Assembly: GCA_951406725.2 (NCBI GenBank)
Contig: OX597819.1
Coordinates: forward strand, 100,626,001-100,690,000
Source of the DNA: Octopus vulgaris
Taxonomy: Eukaryota
Reading direction: 5' to 3'
DNA: 64,000 nucleotides
Part shown: positions 26,358 to 40,821 of the stretch, one piece after another
Layout of the letters: each line of letters starts with the position of its first letter
How positions within the stretch are numbered: the first letter of the stretch is position 1
Position numbers and translations under genes: made by a program
Notes under the pieces: model-generated
Databases searched by the model: none
Seen by the model: the letters and a program-made list of their open reading frames with translations, nothing else
What the model was told of the DNA's origin: nothing

Positions 26358-26483
26358 CTTTCCAGTCTCGTGTGGTGAGGAGAGAGAAACACTCCGAAAT
26401 GCATACATGCACCACTCTGATGAGGACATGCTGTGAATTGAGTTCGTGTTTTATACCTATGTATGTACACCCAGAGACAAACT
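26358..26483 (-). CDS. Candidate 126-nt phase 1-1 exon (Cys-containing)
   Basis: Acceptor ttttcttttgtctcag and donor aag|gtagac. The open frame reads EFVSGCTYIGIKHELNSQHVLIRVVHVCISECFSLLTTRDWKG. Confidence 0.4.
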
Positions 26484-27251
26484 CTGAGACAAAAGAAAAT
26501 GCAGCGAATGGCTGTCTTACGTGTTCAAATATACCTGAAGCATAACTGGTAACAAGTTTGTTATGTATAAATATAGCTATATACATGCTGTTTGTGTGAG
26601 TGTGTGTGCATGTGTGTGTTTGTATATACATATATTCAAACATACATACACATGAAAACACATACAAACATATATCTATATTGGTTCTTATATTAATGTT
26701 TTTTAAACTGAAATCCTATAAAAGAGTACAACTGTATTCCCGCAGAGTATGGGTCGGTTTTCATTAACAAATAGGAGTGTACGTATGGTTGTGTAGCTGT
26801 GTGTTTGGTTACGTTTCTGTCTGCAAGTTTCCCTTTTCTTACTTCTATATGTTTAATAGTATGTATGTGTAAGCGTTCCTTCCTGTGCGTAAGGAATATA
26901 TCGTGTGTATATATATGTGTACAACATTTAGGAGATTCAGAATTGGTTATAGATAAACAATTTCCACATTCTTGCCACCGATGATACGGAAATGTCAATG
27001 TGTGTAAGTTGTGATTAGATGTGCGTTCGTGTGTATGTGCGTGCGCGCATACGTATTTGAACGCATGTATATTTTTGTGTGTTTGTGTAAGAATAGTTGA
27101 TTTATCTCAAGACAAACATAGAAAAGGGCACACTTGGTATATCACTCAAGAAACGTTTAATTAGATACTCTTATACATATAGACATACATACGTACGAAC
27201 ATACATGCATGCATGCATACGTACATATATACAGGCATACATATACATATG

Positions 27252-27321
<70 letters not shown>

Positions 27322-28838
27322 TATATATATATACATAATATATATTGGTACATAAGTGCGAATTTTTTTCGGTATATCTATCAATGCACACAGATGAATA
27401 TGTGTATATATACATAATCGGCGATACATATACATACTTATGTATACCCTATATCTAGCTATATGCTATACACTCGGTATTTATAATTCTATGTGTATAC
27501 TAGTGTAGCATATACATTATAAAAGTAGATGACATATGGGGTAGACGTATAGAAACGATGATAGATACTAGTGAGGGTGAAGAAGTCAAACGGTTTGTAA
27601 AATAATCCGATTCCATTTTCGAAATAAGAAACGTTTCGTGTTTCGTCTTATAACTTTATCATATTTTATCTTAGAATGCTTTTATTTATTTAATTAACCT
27701 TATATTTGTTGTGTTTATCTCTACTGCTTTCTATGTTTATTTAGAATAAAGTATGCATGTAGAAGTTGATATTATACACACAAACACACACATACATACC
27801 ATATATTTATATTTATACAAGTTTTTATACATACCTACATATGTGTGTGTGAGTGTATGTGTGTGAGTGTGTGTGAGCGTGTGTGTTCGCATAAAGCTTT
27901 GCTGAGGTGTCTGTTTTATGTGAATAGATTACATGTAGTTGCATGCACGTTATATCTATGTACCTCATGTTTGCTCTTCTTTGTCGAAGATGACAGGAAC
28001 CCAGGCCTAGTTAGTATTTCTGGTGAAGTCTGTGGGTTCGGGAGCAGCTTGCATGTTCTGTGCAGGCAGAATTGAACATCCATTTGTAGGACACGCACCA
28101 GAAAGTGCGTTGCTTAGAGTGCTGTTAGCTACATTTTCAGAATGAAACGCTGCATCAGTTTCTTGGTACGCGGTAAGCAACGCCCAAGAACAAACCACAA
28201 TGTAGAGATCACTTACAAATATATACGTGATTCATATTTCTCTCTTTTATTATTTGTTTGTTTTTCTGCTCCTTCCCTGTGCATTTTTCATAAAATATGT
28301 CACCAGTTTGCCATGTTGCATGAGCTGGTCTGAGCTACGGTTTTTGGCTTGCGTCTGATATATCACGCCAGCCACTCCTTGAAAGGGGTAAAATATAACG
28401 ATATTCATTTGTTCTGCCAACGGATGTGTAAGATACGGCGGTGGATCCTGATATGAATATGGTTAAGATGTCTTGCTTATCTTCAATTCACTGTCCTAGA
28501 CACACAGTCACTAGAGTTGTGAGTAAAACTGCGTGGTAGGCATACAGCTAAGTAGCGAAAATGACTCTTCCGGGTTTGCAGTACTCCCAACGCTATATAG
28601 GTTTGGGAGATCTTTGTTGATGTTTGCCGTTCATGAAAGGGTATGACCAACATACACGCAGTTATACACCGTCTCTATTTTTCTTTTCTTTTTACAATTT
28701 TCGTTAACATTAGGTTAATGCATAAGTCCTGATGCAGTCTGTTGCTTGACCTCAGTTTCTGTAAAGGCTATTTGGAGGCCAATATTTTTATTGTGTGGTG
28801 AGATTGGATCAGTGCACGCTCGCGCGCGCACACACACG

Positions 28839-28877
<39 letters not shown>

Positions 28878-28884
28878 TGACCGC

Positions 28885-29062
28885 TAGCTACAAAAGCTTT
28901 TTTTATTCTCTCTCTCTCTTTATTTTCCCGTGTTCCTTTCTGTTGAAGAGCGTAGGCTCGAAACGTAAAATACTTTTTCATCTTACCGAGCGTTAAACTA
29001 ATACACTCGTTTGTTGTTTACACACCTGTCTTCGTCTTTTGGGTTTTTTGTAAATTCCAACT
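28885..29062 (+). mobile_element. Short PLE-derived repeat with a minimal hammerhead-like core
   Basis: CTGTTGA-a-gagc-gtag-gctc-GAAAC-GTA at 28940-28967. The repeat ends in (TA)n. Confidence 0.6.
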
Positions 29063-29110
29063 ATATATATATGTGTGTGTGTGTTTGTGTGTGGGTGTGT
29101 ATGTATATAC

Positions 29111-29139
<29 letters not shown>

Positions 29140-29141
<2 letters not shown>

Positions 29142-29400
29142 CGTGGTCTGATCATTAAGTATCCGGACTGTTGCCATAATAACCAAGCTAAAGCATGAGC
29201 ACCAAGTTTAAACTTTCTAGCTCATTTCTGTTGTTTACAGCAGTACTACACACGTTACTTCCAAGCACTGCTTGGTAGTAACGTATATAGCTTGTGTTCG
29301 ACGCATTGACCATAACAATGTTGAGCAGAGAAACTGCATCAAATTTTGCCCAAAGCTTGTTGTTATCTGCTCATAGGCCTACGCAGAATTTTCAAAAACG
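29140..29400 (+). mobile_element. mariner 5' remnant
   Basis: TA-cgtggtctgatcattaagtatccggact is TIR-like. EQRNCIKFCPKL matches the mariner N-terminus. Confidence 0.7.
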
Positions 29401-29884
29401 TTTCACCGTTCTCGACACAATCCAGGAGGTTTTGCGCAACTGAAACCTAAGTTTTTTTGTGTAGTATCACTTATTATTTCGTTGGTTTTTTTTTTTGTCG
29501 GATAGGTGGAAAGCAGTTTTGAAGAATCAATTTTTTTGTACCATTTTTTTTTGTAGTATCAATTGTTATTGTGTTGGTTTTTATTTTTTGTTGGGTAGGT
29601 CGAAAGCAGCCTCGCTCTGGAAATTCAAATATACTTCGTGCATTGATAGGTGCACATCAAACATTTTACATTCTGAAAACTTATTCTATCGATGCCAGAT
29701 ATGTTGAAACGTTAGTTGACACTGGCGAGATTACGAACTCAGAACATAAACGACAGAAATCAAAATAAAAAAGAAAGCTTTTCTTAAAAATCCATCAGAT
29801 TTTCTACCTTGTATTTGTTGACTCCAATACCAGGATGGTTGTAACAAATGGAATAAGTACATAATATGGCATTTATAATAATGC

Positions 29885-30018
29885 GGTTGATGATGATGAT
29901 GACGACGACGACAACGATGATGATGAAAGTAGTGATGATGATGATGATGATTGTTCTGTTGGTGGTGTTGGTGATGATGATGAAGAAGACGACGACTATG
30001 CTGGTAGTGCCGTTGTTG

Positions 30019-30050
<32 letters not shown>

Positions 30051-30118
30051 GTTGATGATGATGGCGAAGATATTGTTGATGATGATGATGAGGGTGATGA
30101 TGATGGTAATGATGATGT
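29885..30118. repeat. Compound (GAT)/(GTT)/(GGT) trinucleotide tract
   Basis: Direct reading. Confidence 0.9.
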
Positions 30119-30339
30119 GGCAAAACACGAATCAGTATGGACAGAGGATGACTGATAGTTAACAGAGAAGGAACTCGTCGTAAGAAATTGCAGAAAATGG
30201 GAAAGAAAGAAATGGAGAATATTGAAAGGGAGTAAAAGAGAAAACGGAAGGAGGTGAGATAATATTATTAGTAAAGAAAATCAAATGCGAGAATATGTGA
30301 GAAAATCAAATGCGATAATCTAGATTAAGGCAACCGTTT

Positions 30340-30752
30340 TGTATAGAGCTTGTTCAAACTAATACATAATGATATCTGTGGAATTAATTTCCCATTGACA
30401 ATCAGACATTTTAAGATGGCGGCTTTGTATAATGTGACAGCCTGTCGCATCTGATAGTTGCTTACAAGACGTAACATAACTACGTCTATGACAGTGCACA
30501 TGCCAATCATGTCATCTGACTGTGTTAGGCTGCATGTTCTTGAGATGGAATTGATGCGGAGTAAATTGCACAAATAGAGAGAAAGGAAGATCGATAGATG
30601 TATGAGCTAGATTTTCAGAAAGATCGAGATTTAGTAGGAAATGCATGGTAGTAGAACATAACAAAATCATGTGTAACTTTATGCAATTTTTCCAACAATG
30701 ATGAAGGCGATGAGGTCCATGTTTATGCAGAAATGTTTTCGTATGATGGGTT
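30340..30752 (-). pseudogene. Candidate decayed CUB-like exon
   Basis: Strong pyrimidine-rich acceptor ending ttccaacag at 30753. Frameshifted fragments FSLFVQF, SISRTCSLTQSDDM and TSCKQLSDA..IQSRHLKM parallel the 11598-11930 segment. The 3' end is approximate. Confidence 0.3.
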
Positions 30753-31409
30753 CTGTTGGAAAAAATAAACAAATTGGGTGAGAATTCCCAAGGGCAGCAA
30801 TACTGAGTGGTGTTTCCTGTAAGATTTATTAGTTAAGACATAGAACTGTTGAAGCGTGTGTAAGGAATGCATTACAGTAAGAACTGTATGCAAAATTCCG
30901 GTCTCAACGCCGAAAATTTCGTGGCGATAACGAATGTAATCGAAATAAGAAATATTACGTCTGTAACTGGATGGTTGTAGCATTTTCGTGGTGTTTCTGG
31001 TACTTCAGTGGTTGTATTTCACAACGTGTGTGATCTGCTTTTTTTTCTATCATATAGCTGCAGATCAAGGAACATCTATGATGTTCGTATGGATATACGT
31101 TATTCTTTAGCCGCATGTGATACAAGTTTGAGAACTATAAACAAAAATCTCCCAACTGTAGATATTCCTTCTTTAAAGTTTAGATATAAAAATATCTAAG
31201 ACTCCATTATACAACATACACTCCCAATGGTGCCACAGATGTATGTGACATAAATGACATTTGACTTTCTTCTCCTACGACACTATAAAGGCACTTTTTA
31301 TATTGGATTTGTGAGGTATGTATGCTAATGCATATGAAGGTGAGAAATACTATAACTCGAAAAGGAGCATATAGTTGTTCACGTATATGTATGTAGTCAT
31401 TAATCAATT

Positions 31410-32580
31410 TATTTCAAGATTTCTTGCCAATAGAGAAAGAACCGGTTTCTAACATAGATCCAAGGTTCCTTCACTGGAATTTAAATATCAACAACAGGGT
31501 ATATATGTATATATGTATGTGCAAATTTGCATATTTTATGCATGTATTCTCATGCCTAGACATGCTCATATATGTTTAAATGATACATTTCTGGAAGGTT
31601 TTGCAGATTTTTACAGTTCCAGTGATGGATTAGATTTGTAGACTTCGAATTAGCTTTCTCCTTTCTGGTTTTGAGAAGCCTAATTTCTCAAGATTAGTAT
31701 TTAGACAGTGTGTTACATATCGTTGGGCCTCAATAATTACAAGTATGAACCTAATATGGATAGAACCGAATATGTAATATGGATAGAGTAACTGCAGATT
31801 TCTGAATAGTTCAGCATAGGTGTTCTTTTTTCCACTGACCTTCAGCTTTATGTTAACATCCGCTGGACAGCAAATTTCTGCAACTGTGCAAAGTTTCTCT
31901 TCTCTATCCCAAATCATTTTATCAGGTCTGTTGTGCTTAAATTTTATTGAGGTCGTTCACTAGTACATACCACCAGTATTCCTTTTTATTTTGAGTGGCT
32001 ATGGCTTCTACCATAGTGTGGGTTCATATTTTTTGTCCTCGGGATTATCCTTCTGACGGATTTTATTATAGAGTGTCCTAGCTACACCATCATTTCTCAT
32101 CGGTAGATAATACCGTGATTACATTTTCGGACAACTGCTTATGATGTGGGTGATATCTATCTTCAGTGTGAACTCCACAAAGTCTGTTTCGGTTGTCAAA
32201 TTTTACATCTCTGTCACTTTTGTGCATCAGGTGCTTGGTTAATATTTCCACTTCCTGGATTGCAAACGCATATCCTTCAAATTGGGAGACAGTAATCCGG
32301 CTATTGGTCCATGATAAACTGCTTTGATGATCGATGTTACTATCATCACGGAGCTTTCTACTAACATATCCATGCATAGTCTTCTGCTCTTATAGGCTCA
32401 TCCTTTTATCTGATGATACGTTGCAGTAGAGTCGTGCGACTTCTTAGGGTATGTATTCTAGGTTATCAGACAAAGAGTTGCCCAAGGAGCTGTCTTCCAA
32501 GTATTATGATGTTATCAGCCTCATTTATGCAAACTTGGTCAAGAGATGCATTTCGACACTTGGTGGTGAAAGAATGTTGC
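31410..32580 (-). mobile_element. R4/Dong-like LINE 3' end (CCHC knuckle plus restriction-like endonuclease)
   Basis: MHGY...QFEGYAFAIQE, RLCGVHTED and KHNRPD.MIWDREEKLCTVAEICCP. Confidence 0.85.
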
Positions 32581-32594
32581 CGAAGGACTGTATG

Positions 32595-32628
<34 letters not shown>

Positions 32629-33349
32629 TGTATGTATGTATGTATGTATGTATATATGTATGTATGTATGTATGTATGTACGAACGTACATACGAACAGT
32701 CATGGTTATATATTTGAATTCCTCAGCAATACTTCTGAATACGGCTTCTTGCTTAGAAATGAGAAATTGTCACTGGTATTTGTACATCATGCAACAGGAT
32801 AGACTTTTGCATGTGTGTGTGTGTGTGTGCGCGCGAGGAAGCTAGCTAATACCTGTATTTCGTCTATCTTTGAGTTCTGAGTTCAAATTCCGCCGAACTC
32901 AACTTTGCCTACGTTGAAATGGAGTTGAAAATAATTTTCAATAACATAAATATTAAAAGTGTTATGGTTGCCTAATGAGCGTTTGGGGCGCACAAAAATA
33001 CGTTGTCATGCAATAATAAAGCTTATGAATTTCCATTCGTAAGTTAATATTATCATTATATTTATCCTAAGCTGAAGGGGTTTCCCCCTCCATAACCATA
33101 CGATCGGATTACTTTGGAAATGGTATTAATAAGCGGTAGCTAATAAAGAGAAGAATAGAAGCCTTTGAGAGCGCATACTGAGATTTTTACCCAAAGAAAG
33201 CTAAATGTATATATATATATATATACATGCATGCATACATACATACATATATACATTTATATATCTTGAAATATATATCTGAAAATTCAATTGTATGCTA
33301 GATAAAGTATAGAAGAAAATATGTCAGTACTTGTGAAAGGAACCGCCCT

Positions 33350-35171
33350 TTGAGTTATAATTGGCATTGTATTATTCCATTTATTTTAAGTGCTTCTACT
33401 CCAAATGACAAGTTCGATGACCATAATTAAGAAGAAAATTTTAGAAGATGTCTAATATATATCAGCAAAGCCGAACATTAATTTAAAACGTTTATGATGA
33501 AGCAATACGAATATTTTCTCACTTTAATCAACTATGCAATGAAGATTTCAAACTTTTCCATAAACTGAGAAAACAATATGACTGAAACTTATGCGTACAA
33601 TTACTCATTATTTAAATCAAAGTTTGATAATATTTGTAAAGAATTTTCTTCTAGGTTTGTTAAATGTATCTACACGTTGACAAGAAAGTATTATGGAGCA
33701 AATTTAGGGCGCTGTGAATATCTGTTGATTTAAATCCAATAGAACTGGTTTTCAAAAGACAATAACCGTTCAGGGGGCAATTTCTGTGAGAAATGTGGCT
33801 ACAAATAAGGGAATTGACTATATTGTTGGGGAATAGGTATCTAGAATAAACTCTATTATCGGAAAATGTAATATATCTGGAACATGAATAGCTTACTTTA
33901 ATTCTCATTCTATTTAATACATTATAAGTTTAATTTATACGAAAATGTAAAGAGATTCATTAAGGTAAATCCTGGCTTATGAGACGAGGATATCACTTGC
34001 ATGTTCGATTAAACATTTTACTTTTAAAGTAATCGAAAGAACATTGTTCATGCTATTTCTATATCATACTTGTTATATTTATTGTATATCAAAGCTAGTC
34101 TATACTCTATGGACATGCGCAGCTAGTAATTCGGAGAAACGACTTGTGAATTTTCATCTTCCAACCAATTACATCATAGCACTTTAATAACATGACTACT
34201 CTTCACTTGTACCGATAATCAATCAAGCTGGTGAATACGCACACAAGTGCATTCAAAAACACATATATGTCTGTTTCTGTATAGATCCACTATTTGGGCA
34301 ATTTTATTCATGGCCAATCTTTCACATACTCAAATAGAATTCGTTGCGCAATCTGTAATAATCAGATTATAAACATAGAAAAAATGTTCTCATTGTAATT
34401 CCATAAAATCATTTCTATGTTTCATAAGATACGTATTGATTTATGCGCGTATCATTGACATTTTCATCTATAAAAGCAGATAAGTTAGTAGATAACCATA
34501 AATATCGTTGAATGACCATTTAAGACAAAATGAACTTTTACAAGGTGGCTTTAAGGAGGTTAAATATGGTTTACATTGGACATGAATTTGGTTAATTAAA
34601 ATGAATTAAAGTCCGTGGAGTGGAGTCCGAAGGCATACTGGAATAACATCCTAATTCTAATGACTTTAAAGGTGAAATATACCTAAATTATTGCTATAAT
34701 ACTAATTTAAGTGGCCCTCTCTGGACTAAAGTGGGTACGTTACATAGTGCGCTAGTCTGGTTCCTGCGTTTATAGAGCAAATCTGAACTTTGGTTAATTA
34801 CTCTAATTGTTAGAATAATTAAAGTTTGTATAAGATGCCTTCATGAATTAAATTGTTAGTTGTTAGACAATGCCTGTGGAAAATTGGATAGGCAAAGCCA
34901 ATTAACGATCCTCATATTCTACCGACGTCACATGCAAAGCTTGGCGGATGGAATTCTTCTGTTAAGTACAAATCTTCTGTTAGGTACCTGGAAGTGCTGG
35001 AAATATTAGGAATAACATAAAGACAGTTAATAACTCTAGCAAAAACGCACGCACGCACTCACACATATCTATATGGATTGAAAAATACAAACATACATTG
35101 ACCGAGGAAGTTTGGGTATGCGTGTGCGTATAGGTATATACCTTCTAACTTATACATAGACGCACACAAGG

Positions 35172-35267
<96 letters not shown>

Positions 35268-36700
35268 CACTGATTGTATAATTGTCCACAAATATCATCG
35301 CTTATGTCCTTCATTCGTCCGGCAGTCCCATTAATTCACAATCTCTTGTTGCTTTTCAGATAGACTGTACATATATATTGGTTTCAAATTTTAGCACAAG
35401 GCGAACAAGTGCCGGTGAGAGGGCTAGTTGATTACATTGACTCCACTATTTAATAATACTTATTTTATCGACCCCAAAGCATGAAAAGCAAAGTCAACCG
35501 TAGCGGAATTTGAACACGGAACGTAAAGACGAACAAAATACTTCTAAACCTTTTGCCCGGAGTGCTAACAATCCAACCACCTCCCAGCCTTAGGACTATA
35601 AATATATATTGACAATATTAAAATTAAGGATTACCCCGCAGTAACAATAGCATTACCTTTAATTCTATAATTGTATACTACTTTTTAAGTCCAACACAAA
35701 TTTCAGTTGTAGCGATTAGTAATAGTTGCATTTGGAACCGTACTCTAAAACTTTGCAGTCTCTTCGGGGTCTTAACTTGATATCCCTCGGTATGGCTGTT
35801 TAATTAATTTCTTTTATGGAGTTTGCATTGTACAACGTAGAATTGTCCGTTTAGTCAGACGCGAACGATCTCTATTTCAAGTTCTTATTGGATAATCATT
35901 TTCAGTCCATCATTTCAAAGCCTTGTATAGTTTAAATGATAATTACTCATTTAAATTTGGCAAATATAAACTTCCTCATGTGCAAGCATCTCAATGTTTG
36001 TTCATGTCTAAAATTTATTACATTACTCTTGAATGTGAAAATACTGTAAAATCCTTCTACACATAGGTCACATCTATTGGTTCCAATTCTGTATGGTTTT
36101 AAAGTACAAATTAGCTCCTATTTAATCATATAGTCCTTCTTACTGTCTTTGATAGACCAGATACATTTGCAAATACTCATTTGGAAATTTTTAATTTTGT
36201 CCTTAAATGAACTCAAATGATTTGCCAGTCTTCTCTCGAAATTTTACGGTATCCCACCGATGTAAAGGAATTCCTTACCCTCAGATGTAACTATACATCT
36301 ATATATTGCATTTTTAGTTTTATACTTATTTTTCACACAACAGGGTTCCCGTTTAGAACAATTGCAAAGGTAGCCTTATATATTTCTGTCCGATTTAGTC
36401 TCAATTTGATCAATCATTGTAGAATTAAATGCATTTCCACAAAGTTCTTTTAGGTAAAATTAACTTTCTTTTATTTCTTGTTGAACTTTTATTCGATTTG
36501 ACATTATTATGTTAAATTGAGTTAGTTCCCTTTCTACGACATTTGATTTCTTAGCGTTCTCTTCTATTTGAGTTTATTTTTTACTCCGTTTGACGTTATG
36601 AAACTTCGAATTCATTACGCTATTCTGATTGTAATCGCCTTTTTTGCAATTTCGATATTATTTTGATATTATGTCTTGCTATAATTTGTGCAATAATACG
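33350..36700 (-). mobile_element. Highly decayed Penelope-like remnants, interrupted by a microsatellite and a SINE
   Basis: IKVSYSC and NCPLNGYCL at about 33760-33905. FY..CKLHK...VKTPK at about 35760-35845. Boundaries and the unity of the element are uncertain. Confidence 0.5.
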
Positions 36701-36954
36701 ACTAAGGCAATAATCCAATCTTAATCTTATGCCGATTAAAAATATTGCAGTGTCGGTTGTTTCTTGGAAACATATATATGGGTACTCTCTCTCTCTCACA
36801 CACACAACAAACACATACTAGCTGGAGAGGATCTTAGAGGAGATGATGGTATTAGTTTCTGCTCTATTTCACAGAAAGTGTCTGCTGATGTTGCTTAAAC
36901 ATACAGGACATATTATTCTGTTGTCTGTCCTATTTTCCTTCCTGTCAGATTAAA

Positions 36955-36984
36955 CCTGAAGAAAGTCGCTGACCGAAACGTTGG
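36955..36984 (+). ncRNA. Minimal hammerhead-like core
   Basis: CTGAAGA-aa-gtc-gct-gac-c-GAAAC-GTT with palindromic stem III aacgtt. Stem I is weak. Confidence 0.55.
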
Positions 36985-38528
36985 ATACACTACTCTCAAC
37001 GACAAACCGACACATCCATGTTGGGGTGGATGTACCAGTTGATATTCGTTACAAAAGCTGGTTCTGATGTTATCAGCTAATTTATACACACCCACCATGT
37101 TTTCGCAGAATCATTGGTTGCTTAGCCAGTATTACTTTATATAAAGTTGACTGATATACTACTTGACAGTCGGTGCTTGGCTTCTTGCTACTGAAGATCC
37201 ACAATGCGGTGAAATCATGTAAAACAGTTGTAGCATCTACCATTACTGACTAAATTTAATCAACCATGATAAAATTTCGATGCGTTTTAGCATTTGTCGT
37301 CTACATGAAATGCTATTTCGAGACGTTCACCACGACATATAGAGTTATAAACAACACATCCAAATTAGGTCGGATGAGCTAATTAATATTCTTATTGAAA
37401 ACCGAATATGAATATCAATAATTGCCTGAGATTAACCAGATTAGATTTATTTGAGGCAACAAACGCTACAAAGTCATCTTTAGCGTATGTTAGTCATTTT
37501 GGTTAGAAAACATTAATGACCTACGCAGGTCTGTTCTTATTTATTCTAAAATCGAAATTGTTGAAGAACAATATAGGCGTACAAAGGTTTGTTAGATTAC
37601 AAACTTAATCCAAGCTGACCTTTAAATAAGTGACTAAATAATATATGGAGAACTAGGGAGGGACATACAGACTGAAAGAGAGAAATGCTGGGAGTGTAAT
37701 AGAGATGTGGTTGAGAATATGTTGGGAATAGAAGTAACACAGTAAATATGATGGAAAATTGGAAGTATAAATGAAAATGATAACAACGAATGAATTACAA
37801 CGGAACGCTACGGATAAGTAAACAAAGTAAAGATTAAAAAAAATATGTAAAGAAAATGACAAAATTGAAAGAAAAATGTGAAAATAAACTCAGAAAGAAA
37901 AGAGAAATATCTAAAAGTGGAAACAGATATCCTGAAAAATAGAGCAATATATAAAAAAAAGGTTTCTTTCTTTCTTTGATTTCTTTCATACATTACGGCT
38001 AAGACCAGGCTGGAGCAACGCCTTTCTGGTTAAAGAAGAAGAAAAGAAATGAAAAAATAATGATAGATTGAGAATTAAACATTAATGAAAGATGTTAGAT
38101 AAGCGTAAAGATATCAATGTAATATAAACAAATATTTATATCTTTCCATCTTTCTCGCTCCCCTTCTGTGCGTGTGTGTGTTTGTGTGTTTGTATATATG
38201 CATGCATGCATGTATGTATGTAAGTATGTATGTATGTTTAGATGTAAGTATGTATGCATGTATGTATGAATGTATATACATACCTCTTCGTGCAGACATA
38301 AATGTCTCGTCACCACCCAAATAAAATTTATAAACACAAGTTATTGTTTGTGCCCCAAATACACTTACCCTCTTATTTCTGCCAAAGAATCACATTTAAA
38401 ATATCTTATCAAAATGAGTATTTTCTGAATGTTTGCTTACACATACATATTCACATACGCATACATTCACATGTCATAGCGTGCGCGTAAATACATGTGT
38501 GTGTATGTACATATGAATATATACGCAT

Positions 38529-38596
<68 letters not shown>

Positions 38597-38601
38597 GTAT
38601 G

Positions 38602-38636
<35 letters not shown>

Positions 38637-38647
38637 ATATATATATG

Positions 38648-38729
<82 letters not shown>

Positions 38730-39232
38730 GCACACACATGTACATACGTATTAGTAGGGATTTGATCCCTATCTTACAGAATGATGGCATAGACTCTACT
38801 CTATGGGAGGGGCAGAATGCAGAGCATGGAGGATATTAAGAAAATATAAAGAAAGGAAGAAAAAGAAGGGTGAAAATTGGGAAATTATATTAAATGCTTA
38901 TTTCAGTATATAGTGATGCGTTAATTTTTATAAACACATCGACTGCGATTCCTACAGAACCAGATATAAACATACATATGTGAGTGCGTGCGCGTGTTAA
39001 TATGTGCGTGTTTGCGTGTCCGTCTGTCATTGCGTGAGTGAGTCTGCATGCGTATGAACATTTGTGTATATGTGTGCATATGGTGTCTGTATGTTTGTGT
39101 GCTTATGTGCCAATGCTTGTGTGTGTTTGATGAACGGAAGTGTACGTTTTATGAAAAGAGCTTTTAAGTGTTTAAGTACCCCTCCATCTCTATGTATATA
39201 TGTATGATATGCATAATGTATGTATATATACG

Positions 39233-39303
<71 letters not shown>

Positions 39304-39604
39304 TATACATATAAACATATATATACATATATATGCATATGGTTATAAAACGTCCTCTCTCTCTCTCTCTTGCACACACATTTTCCCAATGTGCATTTTT
39401 AGGGGAAGCCTTACACTCACTAAATAAATGCTTGTGCTTGGGTATAAATCGAAGCTATATATACACAAATGTTTAAAACGGTTCAGTTTTTCAGTTCTCA
39501 CATACGTAAATCTCTCCATACTTGTCCCTCAGCACACGTATACAAACCCCTACACTTACACACGCAAATATATCATTTTATGTGTGGTTTGCTTGCGTAA
39601 ATGC

Positions 39605-39679
<75 letters not shown>

Positions 39680-39716
39680 CACACATACATGTAAATCTCT
39701 CTCTCTCTCTCTCTCT

Positions 39717-39758
<42 letters not shown>

Positions 39759-40669
39759 ATTTTGTATACATTCATATATGTGTATATTATAATACATATG
39801 TGTGTATGTCTGTACATAAAAGCATACATATATAAAAAACCATACATAAACACGTTCACACTCATACATATATAGAATTGCTTTTTTGTCGATAGATTCT
39901 TTCAAATTGCTCTGACGTTTGGCATTTGTTATTCTTTTATTCCATTACCCTCCATTTTTTTTTAAATGTTAACTAAACATCTCAAATTTGCGCCCACGGA
40001 TCCAACTTCAGCTTGCATCCACTAACCTTGCCCTAAAAGCGTCCGACGCCATGATACTACGCCACTCCATTTCCTCGTCAAGACTCCCAATTCCATCGTA
40101 CACATTTCAAACATAATGAGGTTCTTTCTAAAGCAAACACATCTGAGAACTCTAAAGTCTATCAAACAGAATATTCTCTCTCCCTACAGTAAATGATATT
40201 GTATCGGCGATTTTTATCTCGGTAGTGGAGGATGAAAAAATAATGTAACGTAAAAATGATAGCCAGTCTAGAATCCTCTGCACAGACAGACACACAGTTA
40301 TTTTTAAGTGGACACATATGCACTAAAACACGCACACGCACACACACACATACACACACACACACACACACGCGCGCGCGCGCACACACACACACGCGCG
40401 CACGCACACAAACACACACATACAGACACACACAGCAACACTCACACTCACACACTCACACTAACACACACACACACACACACACACTAATAAGTATATA
40501 TATTTAAGTGTGATAGTGTTAATGTAAACTTTGTTATGTAGTATATATTTTATATATCTATCAATCTATATACACCCATATATATATATATGTGTGTGTA
40601 TATATATATTTATATACATACATACATACATATGCATACATATGCATACATATACATATATATATACAA

Positions 40670-40761
<92 letters not shown>

Positions 40762-40771
40762 TTATATATAC

Positions 40772-40821
<50 letters not shown>

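Noticed and set aside
28141-28172. Plus-strand 32-nt micro-exon (ttttcag...gtaagc)
   Set aside because: It is isolated with no other supported plus-strand exons, and such sites occur by chance.
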